A stretch of DNA of 64,000 nt from Candidatus Thorarchaeota archaeon (lineage in GTDB: Archaea > Asgardarchaeota > Thorarchaeia > Thorarchaeales > Thorarchaeaceae): the NCBI GenBank assembly GCA_016933575.1, contig JAFGAR010000064.1, positions 32,001 through 96,000 on the forward strand, in the 5' to 3' direction. Numbering within the stretch: the stretch's first letter is position 1; each line of letters begins with the position of its first letter. Shown here one piece after another: positions 50,913-60,200 of this stretch. The position numbers and the translations under genes were made by a program. Below the pieces are notes generated by a model. The model was not told the DNA's origin, ran no database searches, and saw nothing but the letters and a program-made list of their open reading frames with translations.

Positions 50913-50945
50913 GCCGTTGGTTTTGCCAGCGGCTCTTTTTTTTTT
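50913..50945 (+). terminator. Hairpin + T10 terminator
   Basis: GCCGTTGG-ttttg-CCAGCGGC followed by TC and a run of 10 T. Confidence 0.75.
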
Positions 50946-50980
50946 GAACTGAACAGCCTGATGATCCAACTGTATGTTAT

Positions 50981-52411
50981 CTAATTCGCGGAACGTGTCA
51001 CAGGCTCTATTGTGTTTTCATTTTTTTTTGCAATTTTGATTACATTCACCAGTGCTTTGCTAGCTCTTTGGGGATTGGAATAGAACGGAATACCTGCAGC
51101 CTCAAGAATTTCATAACCCGGTGGTTTATTCTGCTCTGGTGATGAGAGGATACTTACTATTGGTTTTGAGACCTTGCTGGATGCTTGGACTATTTTTTCA
51201 ATTGGAATGCCTCCCCCAATACCCTCTTGATAATTCGGAGCAAAGACAATCATGACAGAATCATAGCGATCATCATTTAGTATAATATCGAATGCTCTTC
51301 CAAAGATGTCTGGATTTGCCCATCCTTGAGCTAGTAGATCCACAGGATTCTTGATAGGTATCTCAATAGGCATGTTGAGTAGAGATTGAATCGATTTTGC
51401 CGCTTCTCTCGAGGGGGGTGGCAGAATAGCACCATCTAGCTCCAGAGTCTGCGCAGCAATCAAGGCAATTCCAAGCGTATGAGTGACAATCGCAACGCTG
51501 TCACCTTTTGGTCTATGAGGACAAACCGAGAGTAGATGTGCTGTGTCGATCATCTCTGACACACCTGCAACCTCAATCGCTCCAGATTGTTTTATTGCAC
51601 CACTATAGATCTCCGAGTTGCCTGCAAGACTTCCAGTATGACTCAACGCAGCATCTCTCGATGCAGGGGTCTTGCCCACCTTGAATACAATTACTGGTTT
51701 CATTGGAGTTGTTTTTGAGATCTCATCTTTCATTTCACGTCCATATTCAGTACCTTCGACAAACAGACAGATAACATCAGTTTGCGAATCATCTCGTAGA
51801 TATCGAATCATATCATGAAAATCGATATTCACTCTATTCCCGACACTGGCGAACTTTGATACTCCAAGTCCTCTATCAGATGCTTGGTACAACATCAGTC
51901 CTGTAACTCCACCACTTTGACTCACCATTGCTACAGAGCCTGCTTTCATGGGAACTGGATGTGGGAAAAAAGTCGCATTGAGATTCAATCTTGGGTTTCC
52001 AGCTCCCAGACAATTCGGACCAATCACTGCAATCCGTGCTTTATCTGCTAGTTCCTTTACCCGTCTCTGATGTTCAACACCCATTCCACCAAGTTCTTTG
52101 AACCCGGCTGAAAAGATGATAGCTCCCCGAACTTTACCTTCTGCACAATCCTCTAAGGCTGATAGCATTTGTTGCGGACCTACCGCAATCATTGCGAGAT
52201 CGACAGGACTCTCAATAGATGTCACGGTTGGATAACATCGAACTCCTTGAATTGAATCCAGTCGGGGATTGACGGGGAAGACATTCTTTTCAAAAGATTT
52301 CAAAGCAAGTAATGTCAATGCTCCAAGTTTGTCAGGTTTATTGGAAGCCCCAATGACAGCTATGGACTGTGGGTTGAAGAGCCTTTCAAGGGATTCATTT
52401 TTCCAGCTCAT
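50981..52411 (-). CDS. acdA: Acyl-CoA synthetase (NDP-forming) alpha subunit / ACD
   Basis: PQSIAVIGAS, SAGFKE, IGPNCLG, SQSGG, SHTGSLAG (phospho-His) and NPVDL. Confidence 0.88.
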   Translation of the reverse strand: MSWKNESLERLFNPQSIAVIGASNKPDKLGALTLLALKSFEKNVFPVNPRLDSIQGVRCYPTVTSIESPVDLAMIAVGPQQMLSALEDCAEGKVRGAIIFSAGFKELGGMGVEHQRRVKELADKARIAVIGPNCLGAGNPRLNLNATFFPHPVPMKAGSVAMVSQSGGVTGLMLYQASDRGLGVSKFASVGNRVNIDFHDMIRYLRDDSQTDVICLFVEGTEYGREMKDEISKTTPMKPVIVFKVGKTPASRDAALSHTGSLAGNSEIYSGAIKQSGAIEVAGVSEMIDTAHLLSVCPHRPKGDSVAIVTHTLGIALIAAQTLELDGAILPPPSREAAKSIQSLLNMPIEIPIKNPVDLLAQGWANPDIFGRAFDIILNDDRYDSVMIVFAPNYQEGIGGGIPIEKIVQASSKVSKPIVSILSSPEQNKPPGYEILEAAGIPFYSNPQRASKALVNVIKIAKKNENTIEPVTRSAN

Positions 52412-52423
52412 TATTCTATCTCC

Positions 52424-53329
52424 TCAGCTGTATTTTTTGAGAAGTGTCTTTATTGTCTTAAGAATAAATTCGGATACTTCTTCTCTCGCTTTCTCGTAGC
52501 TCTCCATCTTAATAATTGGAATCTCATTTTCTAGAGCCCGATTGACCAGATAATCTTGGATTAGTCTTGTTGAATTAAATTCCTGCTCCCTGATTTCCTT
52601 GTCTGATGTGACAGTTCTTAGTTTTCCAGAAGCGTGTTTTTCAAAGAACATTGCTCTATGTGTATTAACGCTCGGATTAACGAGTACCTCAAGTATTCCA
52701 TCACTTAGTGAATTCAAAGATCCTGGTTGAATATGAACACCCTCAACAACGACCTGAGTTCCTTCACTCAGAACTCGTTGAATGAGGTCATCAATGAAGG
52801 GTTTCATCAGGTCTATTTGAGCTAGGTATCCTCTGACCACAGGATGGAGATATTGGTCACCCAGTTGTTTGTATCTGTATGCTTGATATGTATGACAAAA
52901 GATCTCTGGAGCTTGCTTTTCTTGATAGACTCCGCGAACCAATTGTCGAACTGTATCAGTACTAATGAATCGGGTAGCTGTAAGGTCTTGAATCAATTCA
53001 ATCGCTAAGAGTGATTTTCCTGTGGCTGAAGCACCTTCCAATACGAGGACCAATGGTGGTATTGATTCATCCTCCCCCCTTAGTTGTTCATACTGCATTA
53101 GTAAATCGTAATTCTGTTTTACTGAATCAGGATAGTTGGAAAGTGAACTTCTTATCGACTCTATTAGTTGATTTTCAGTCAACGTTTCAGAATTTGCAGG
53201 GTCAGGCATGGTTGATGAGATGATATCCGATATCTCATGAAGATCTAGACCACTGAGCCTAAGTTTTCCCCTCTGAATTGAAATTGGATATGGTATTGAA
53301 TTGTCTTGGAATCTTAGTTTCATCTTCAT
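52424..53329 (-). CDS. 2-phosphoglycerate kinase-like P-loop protein
   Basis: EGASATGKS, STDTVRQ, VVVEGVH and IQDYL motifs. Confidence 0.75.
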   Translation of the reverse strand: MKMKLRFQDNSIPYPISIQRGKLRLSGLDLHEISDIISSTMPDPANSETLTENQLIESIRSSLSNYPDSVKQNYDLLMQYEQLRGEDESIPPLVLVLEGASATGKSLLAIELIQDLTATRFISTDTVRQLVRGVYQEKQAPEIFCHTYQAYRYKQLGDQYLHPVVRGYLAQIDLMKPFIDDLIQRVLSEGTQVVVEGVHIQPGSLNSLSDGILEVLVNPSVNTHRAMFFEKHASGKLRTVTSDKEIREQEFNSTRLIQDYLVNRALENEIPIIKMESYEKAREEVSEFILKTIKTLLKKYS

Positions 53330-53361
53330 AACCTAGCAGATAATCCATTGTCTGTTCCAAC

Positions 53362-53853
53362 TCAAAAGGACTTCCGTGAGCAATATCCTCTTGCTTCTCT
53401 ACCCTTTGTTCCTTCCAATGTTCTGGTTGTTACTGGGCGAGTCTTGCTCTTTCTTTGTCTACCCATGAATGGTCTGCTCATGTCTATGGAATCCATTGAT
53501 GTTTCTATTTCTTCATCGGATGGAGTAATTCTTCCCCTCCTTCCTTTCGAAAGAATCATACATTCATCATGCATACTAATGAATCCCTCCGATAGAACGT
53601 ATGAGTGATCCGGTTCAACAAGTTCGATGTCATCATTCCAAAGAGTTAGTTTGATTCTTGCAGTAGAATCTCCGACTATACACTCACAGATTTTATACTC
53701 CGTACCTGTTGATTTTGATCTTACAATCCTAATGAGGCTTTTCTCAATGACTTTGAAAAGAATATTGATACATGTCATTCGTGGTTCTAGATGAACAATC
53801 TCGGTTGAGTTAAATGAACTAGCAGGATTTGAATTATCTGTAATATGAGTCAT
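53362..53853 (-). CDS. Single OB-fold ssDNA-binding protein (SSB/RPA-like) with basic tail
   Basis: INILFKVIE...VGDSTARIKLTLWN OB-fold signature. The start is uncertain (ORF open to 53901). Confidence 0.75.
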   Translation of the reverse strand: MTHITDNSNPASSFNSTEIVHLEPRMTCINILFKVIEKSLIRIVRSKSTGTEYKICECIVGDSTARIKLTLWNDDIELVEPDHSYVLSEGFISMHDECMILSKGRRGRITPSDEEIETSMDSIDMSRPFMGRQRKSKTRPVTTRTLEGTKGREARGYCSRKSF

Positions 53854-53913
53854 GATAAGGTGCGCATCCAAAGATGTGTCCATTCTCACACTAAAGAACA
53901 CCTATCTAGTTAC

Positions 53914-55002
53914 TCAACTATGAATCTCTCTCAATGCTTGTTTGAGCATATCTAATCCCTTGACAAGTTCTTCGTGTTCTCCACCGAAACCAATTCGTAG
54001 ATGTCCATCCAGCTCCATATGAGACCCCGGAACAGTGAATGTACGGTATTTAGTTACGAGCAATTGACATAACTCATCCGTACTACCTCTTCTTCTGAGT
54101 CTGGGAGCTCCAACGACGCCACTCTTTGGTTCAATCCATTCTAACCAATCTTGATTATCCATCCACTCTTTTAGAACGACAAAATTTGCCATCATAGCCT
54201 CTCTTCTCTCTTTGAGCAGAGTCTCTCTCTTTTCTAAAACTGCCTTAGCAATAGCCTCTCCTATTGAAGAATTGCAGATTGTCACTTGTTCACGAACAGC
54301 TCTTACTGCCTGTATTATTGGAGTGTCCGCAACCACCCATCCAATACGGATGCCTGGAAGTCCCCATGTCTTTGACATGCTGGTCAGGCTGATAGCATTA
54401 GAACTCATTGTTGCAGCTAAGGGTGGTGGTGTTTCGAACATCATTTCACGATAGGTTTCATCCACCATAAGATATGCCCCAACATCTTCTGCAATCTCAA
54501 TAGCTTCTTTCAATTCCTTCTCTGTTATCACAGATCCTGTTGGATTATTGGGGTGAGTAAGTGTAATGAGTTTTGTATTAGGTCTGACGAGTCTACGTAA
54601 CTCATCCATATCTGGTCTGAAGTCATTATCCCATTTCAATTTGAACAGTGAAAGATTTCTATTTAGAGACCTTGGAATCTGGTATAATGAGGGATAGGTC
54701 GGATGTTCGACAATAATGTGGTCATTCGGTCCCACTAGGTGGCCTATCACTGAGAAATTGCCTTCGCTTGCCCCTGTAGTCACTGCAACATTTTCGAAGT
54801 CTAAGCTCCTGTAGCCCTTTGCAATCTCTGCTCTAAGTTCTGGATTTCCTAGGTGGTAACCGTATCTCAGCTCAATCTCGTTAAGGTCAATACCCAAGTC
54901 TTTGACTGAGAGATATTTCATTCCACTCTCACCGATATCGTAGTCGACCTCAAACTGATACTTGTCAAACCATATCTCCAAAGGCATTCGTTCGAAGACC
55001 AA
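53914..55002 (-). CDS. Class I/II PLP-dependent aminotransferase
   Basis: HPNNPTG, VDETY and SMSKTWGLPGIRIGW. Likely TTG start at 55002 after a GGTGA RBS. Confidence 0.92.
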   Translation of the reverse strand: MVFERMPLEIWFDKYQFEVDYDIGESGMKYLSVKDLGIDLNEIELRYGYHLGNPELRAEIAKGYRSLDFENVAVTTGASEGNFSVIGHLVGPNDHIIVEHPTYPSLYQIPRSLNRNLSLFKLKWDNDFRPDMDELRRLVRPNTKLITLTHPNNPTGSVITEKELKEAIEIAEDVGAYLMVDETYREMMFETPPPLAATMSSNAISLTSMSKTWGLPGIRIGWVVADTPIIQAVRAVREQVTICNSSIGEAIAKAVLEKRETLLKERREAMMANFVVLKEWMDNQDWLEWIEPKSGVVGAPRLRRRGSTDELCQLLVTKYRTFTVPGSHMELDGHLRIGFGGEHEELVKGLDMLKQALREIHS

Positions 55003-55143
55003 AAATGTCACCAGCCTCTGTTTTAACCAACGATAATATATAGATTCGCGAATGTTCATATTTGCTAAGTAATAGCAATCCATACTATTGATAAGGTGCG
55101 GAAGCAGATACCATACATACTAATCAATAATGAGGAATCATCT

Positions 55144-55557
55144 ATGACTCTACGAATTCTAATCGTGGATGACGAACCCGCAATCCACGAGGTTATGGAG
55201 GCATATTTGAGGAAGTTTCTAGATGATTTTGAGTTGATCTCGGCTGCAAACGGGTTTGAAGCAGTTTTGCGTGCAAAGGACTGTATGAAAAAGGGACGCA
55301 CTCCAGATTTTGTTCTTATGGATATGAAGATGCCTGAAATGAACGGTTTCGAATGTACAAAGACTCTAACAGAACTTGGTATTTCTAATATCCATCTGTT
55401 AACAGCCTATTTTGATGGAGAATCGTTGAAACAAGCAGCAGAAGTGGGTGCAAAGGGTGTCCTGAAAAAGAGTGATGGATTCGCATCAGTAGCCAAGAAA
55501 GTCGCTGAATTACTGCGTGGTTCCAAGGAACCTACTCCACAACCTAGTTCTGTATAA
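55144..55557 (+). CDS. Stand-alone response regulator receiver (CheY-like)
   Basis: LIVDDE, LMDMKMPEMNG, LTA and conserved Lys. ATG 55144 is the probable start. Confidence 0.92.
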   Translation: MTLRILIVDDEPAIHEVMEAYLRKFLDDFELISAANGFEAVLRAKDCMKKGRTPDFVLMDMKMPEMNGFECTKTLTELGISNIHLLTAYFDGESLKQAAEVGAKGVLKKSDGFASVAKKVAELLRGSKEPTPQPSSV

Positions 55558-55631
55558 ATCATCAAAACCCTTTTCAATTGAGACTTATAGAATTGCACTC
55601 CAATCTATTCCTGCTGGAGATGAAATTGAAA

Positions 55632-57221
55632 ATGCGTCGCTCACCATCAAAGATTCTATTCTTTGGTATCATGACGGTATTTATCGTGGCTTTGCTTGGT
55701 AGTTATACGGTAACTACTACAACTGCACAACTACCGTCTTTTCCTGATGACTTTTTGCATGATGATACACTCTATGTGTATACTGCCTTGGATGGCGAAA
55801 ATGTCCTTGAAGCTAATTCACAATCTGCACCAATCGTACTCAATACAGAGAGTCCTATGTTGCTGACTCTGCAAATAAACGTGTCAAGTACACATGACCT
55901 GAATATGAGTGGTACGATTGTATTTTACTATCAGGGGATACCAATCTTCCCGATAGTGATAGTCGAACCCGGAACAAATTCTTCATGGATTTGGGTGCCT
56001 CATGATGTGGCCATACCTGTTGTAGAGGCTTACATCGACTTCAGCTCAATTCTAAATTATGGTCCATTGCAACTCATCACGGGCATTATCCAGGCTGCGA
56101 TCGATTTCAATTATTATGTTGAGGGAGATGCAACTCTTCACACACTCCAAAGTGACTCGTTTTATTTTAGCATTCCTGCCACACCGACCTCTGTATTCAC
56201 ATCTGTAACGGGTATCAGTGCATCCATTGCAACCGTTGGAGCTGTTGTTGGTGTAGGAAATGGCTTCATGAGTCTCTTTGAAGGTCTAAAAACTGCTTAC
56301 AAACTCAGAGGAATTCACAAGAAAGCCTCTGAGATTAGATCACTGCCAAATCTCACTGTTATTGGTGCATTGCCCCTCCTCTTCTCTATGCTTGCAGGAA
56401 TGATGAAAATTGGAAAGAAGAAAGATGTGAAGATAGAAGAATCCCGAGAGGATGGAAGTGTAAGCGAGTATATAATCCGGCAGAGACTACGCGAAGTAGC
56501 GCCTGATGCATGGCCAGTTGATAAGTGTCCAAAGTGTAAGAAAGATTGGAATAAAAAATTGGACATGTGTAAGAAATGTAATTTCACACAGACAGATGCA
56601 CGTGAATACTATTCTGATTTACTTGTTTCAAAAGTTCCTAGTGCCTTAAAGGTCATGGGGAAGAAGAAATCATCTGATATCCGAACCTTGGCAAAGAAGA
56701 CCAAATCTACAGACTATAACGCTGGAGTTATTGCAGCCGCAATGGTTGACACTGGGGTGACTGAGATAGTAAAAGTTGGTACTCCATTCAGATCCTTTGT
56801 CATGAATATTGCAGGTCTAGCTTTCCTCGTTGTCACATGGCAACAACTCCTTGGTGACAGTGCAAGTACCTTCCAGACAACAATTACAATTGTCGGAGCG
56901 GCAATGTCCCTTGGAGTAATAATTGCACTCTATGTGAGTCGCAAGACGCAAATTCAGAAATTCCAGAGTGACATGGATGCAGGTAAGAAATGGATGCCAA
57001 CAGAGGAAGAAGCGAAAGCAGAAGCAGTCGCTGAAGAATCGCAATCAGAATCCTCTGAAGAATCAGAATCTGCCTCTGGAGAGGATATTCGTGACTCAGC
57101 TCCTGATGATGCAAGGTCTCCTGAAAGTTCAATAGAAGAAGAACCTGAACATGAAACTGTGTCTCATTCAGATGAAGTCGATGAGAATCTGGACTCATTT
57201 GAAGAAGATGGTGAAGATTGA
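55632..57221 (+). CDS. Hypothetical multi-pass membrane protein with ectodomain, CxxC/CxxC zinc ribbon and acidic tail
   Basis: Signal/TM, beta-rich domain, TM segments, CPKC-x9-CKKC, two more TMs and a Glu/Ser-rich C-terminus. The start is uncertain (55620-55632). Confidence 0.75.
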   Translation: MRRSPSKILFFGIMTVFIVALLGSYTVTTTTAQLPSFPDDFLHDDTLYVYTALDGENVLEANSQSAPIVLNTESPMLLTLQINVSSTHDLNMSGTIVFYYQGIPIFPIVIVEPGTNSSWIWVPHDVAIPVVEAYIDFSSILNYGPLQLITGIIQAAIDFNYYVEGDATLHTLQSDSFYFSIPATPTSVFTSVTGISASIATVGAVVGVGNGFMSLFEGLKTAYKLRGIHKKASEIRSLPNLTVIGALPLLFSMLAGMMKIGKKKDVKIEESREDGSVSEYIIRQRLREVAPDAWPVDKCPKCKKDWNKKLDMCKKCNFTQTDAREYYSDLLVSKVPSALKVMGKKKSSDIRTLAKKTKSTDYNAGVIAAAMVDTGVTEIVKVGTPFRSFVMNIAGLAFLVVTWQQLLGDSASTFQTTITIVGAAMSLGVIIALYVSRKTQIQKFQSDMDAGKKWMPTEEEAKAEAVAEESQSESSEESESASGEDIRDSAPDDARSPESSIEEEPEHETVSHSDEVDENLDSFEEDGED

Positions 57222-57225
57222 ACAT

Positions 57226-57273
57226 AAAAAAAAGGTGAGCTGGGTGGTATGAAAACCACCCTCTTCCACCTTT
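57226..57273. terminator. Hairpin terminator between convergent genes
   Basis: A8 run, outer arms AAAGGTG/CACCTTT and inner GGGTGGT-atgaaa-ACCACCC. Confidence 0.6.
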
Positions 57274-57295
57274 AATTTTCATCTAAATCGATAGT

Positions 57296-60200
57296 CTAAT
57301 CACTGCTAGTTTTTGTATCTTCTTCAGAGTCGTCTTTTGATTCGTCAAGACTCTCAACATCTTCTGTTGGAGATTCGGGGATGGAATCGATAGACTCTTT
57401 CACAAATGGTTCTGATTCTGCTTTGATAGTTGGATTTGAAGCACGATCGATGACTTGTACTATCTTTGATGAGATGAACGGTATCACAACCAAGAAAGCT
57501 ATTGGCATGAGTACAATCACACCTAGCTCGTAACTCTGAAGGAAGTCCATGGTTGTAACTGCTGCAGCACCAACTACTACAAGAAACATTAGGAACTTGA
57601 TTCTGATTGATGAACTGAATCTACTTACCAACGTATCTCTTTCATCCTGAATGATGCTTGTTGGAGTATCTGCATCTTTCATCTTCTCAATCCTCTTCAA
57701 TCCCTTACTTACCTCTCTATAGAGATTTACCACAACTACCAAGATTGAAGAAAGATATGCCGTAAAGATTGTCGTCATGATTGTTGGTATAGAAATCTCA
57801 CCTATCGTGAATGCTTGATCTATCATGTAAGCCTTAAACCAATCAATCTCTGTACCATAAGTCAGTATCATAACTATGACAACAGGAACGAAGAATAGAT
57901 GTCCAAGACCGGCTATCATGCGTTTCTTACTGAGCGCACCTGTTACCATGACTGCAGATACAGCATCTCTATAGAGCCAGAGTCCGTAGAGCAGAACAGA
58001 TGCACCAAGCAACGCAACAGTTAGAATCAATGCACCACCATAGTCTCCAACTGCATAAAGTTGAGTCGATACGATAAACCCTGCTATACTTGCTAATATG
58101 ATTAAGATATAGAGTCTATCCATTCGTTTGACTGCTCTCTTCAGTTCTTCTTTGCTGGAGTATGTTCTCCTGAGCGTAGGTGCTAGTCTGAAGTAAATGA
58201 ACATACCCAACAGACTTACAATAAATGAAATTCCTGTAAAGGTGAATATGGTTGGAGTATCCATGACCCCGATCTCAGGTTCTGCAACAGATAGATAGAA
58301 CGAGGTTGCCATCTCTTTAGATTGAACAAATTGACCTTCAACTTCTATCGAAATATTCTTCGTCCCGTATCCTTCAGTTATCGGAAGATGCTCGATGAAG
58401 AGTATATAGAGCCCCATCTGATCTGATTCTTCAGCTATCATCGTTGGCATGCCCATTGTTGTAACAAAGACATCCAACCCTGGAACTGGATTGCCATATG
58501 CATCGACTATTGTGATGCCAATCAGGAGCGATTCTCCTTGAGAGGGTTGCTCTGGATTGAAGTCCACAAAGAATTCCAATACACCCAGAATGGTGATATT
58601 TCCGCTGATTGCGTTTCCACTCTTGATATCTTCGTGACTGACAGAAACCGAGTAGCCATATTCACCGGGTGCCCATCCAGTTGTTGACATGTTGACTGCG
58701 TATACACCTTGGCCAATCTCCATCAAATTGTACGAGAGGGCCTTCACAAAGAATTGAACAGTTGCCCCTGATACCGGCCGTCCAATCCAATCTTCAAGTG
58801 TCAATTCAAGACGTGTTCTCTCACCCTGCAGAATTGTCCACCCTTCTGATGAGGTTATCGAGGCAGAAGCTGCAGCATCAGAATATGCTCGTATCTTGAA
58901 GGTTCCAGACCAAGGATTAGCAAATGTTGCATTGACATAGATTGTAAAGTTATTCTCGCCCATTAGGAAATCCGCTTGAACCGTCAGGGCATAGTCAGGA
59001 TCACCTGTTGTATCAATCTGAGTGTATAGAGTTCCATTGATATCGATCGTGACACTCGTTCCAATGAATACAGGTCCGTACTTGTCCTTCACAAAGATGT
59101 TAATAGTAAACCATGAGCCGCCTTCGACTCTGGTTTCATAGAACACATTAGGTTGAAGATTGCCATAGACATCAAAACTAATCTCTGTGGCAGGAGGTCC
59201 AATAACATCCGGCTTATTCACACTGAGTTCGAAAGTCTGGTTACCAATTCCAAGGCTTATTGTATGAAGGAACCTGTAGCTGCCGGGACTTGTCGGACTC
59301 TCAATCATACCATATACCTGTGGACCACTCCTTAATGTGACATCAGCTCCGGCAATCACATGACCATATGCATCTGAGATATTGAACCACGCTCCAACAA
59401 CCGAATCCTGTTGGACGATAGCTGGGAAATCTGTTGAAATCACCAAGTTCTCTGTTAACACTTGTACTGTGAAGACTTTCCCTCTGACGCCTTCAGCTAA
59501 TGCATAGGCATGATTTGCTCTACCCACAGCAATATGATTTCCTGCTTCAAGTTGAACCTCAGGAATTTCCAAGATATGTGCTTGACCTGATACTATCGTT
59601 CCCAAAACAACACTATCAATGGAAATAGTCACAGTAGCATCATCTACAACCCCACCAAGATTATCAAAGATTATTGCGCGGAATGATGTATTTACTCCCT
59701 GTTGGACTATGTCTGGGACTTGCAAATCAACATGCAAATTACTTCTCACAACAAGTGCATTTTCATATGAATGGTGGAATAAGTGATAGAATCCATTGTC
59801 TACAGTAATCGTCAAATTGATTGTACCTATTGGCCAAGTCACGTCAGTCAACGCTGAGTATTTGCCTTCAGCTGCCCAGTAATAGAACCCGAAGGTATTA
59901 TCCCCAGCTCCCTCAGGTGTCATGTAGTGAGCTGTCATATAGATACTTGCGTCATCTACGATATCTCCATGGATATCCAATACAGTGACATTCACAGAGA
60001 AACTCTCTCCCTGAACTAAATCTGTTGAGGAATATGACAGTGATACGTCAAGAAGATAACTACTATCGAGATTTCTGACTGCTCCAAGAATCATACTATT
60101 GATTGAAGCGAATGGATATGCAGCAATCTCCGCTCCAGGAACTACATCAATATTTCCAATGACCAGAGGATTACGCACCTCGCCCACCTTGACAGTCCAC

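Noticed and set aside
57960-57975. YRD after TM3 of the 7TM module as a class-A GPCR DRY motif
   Set aside because: The order is reversed and three residues are no evidence of homology.
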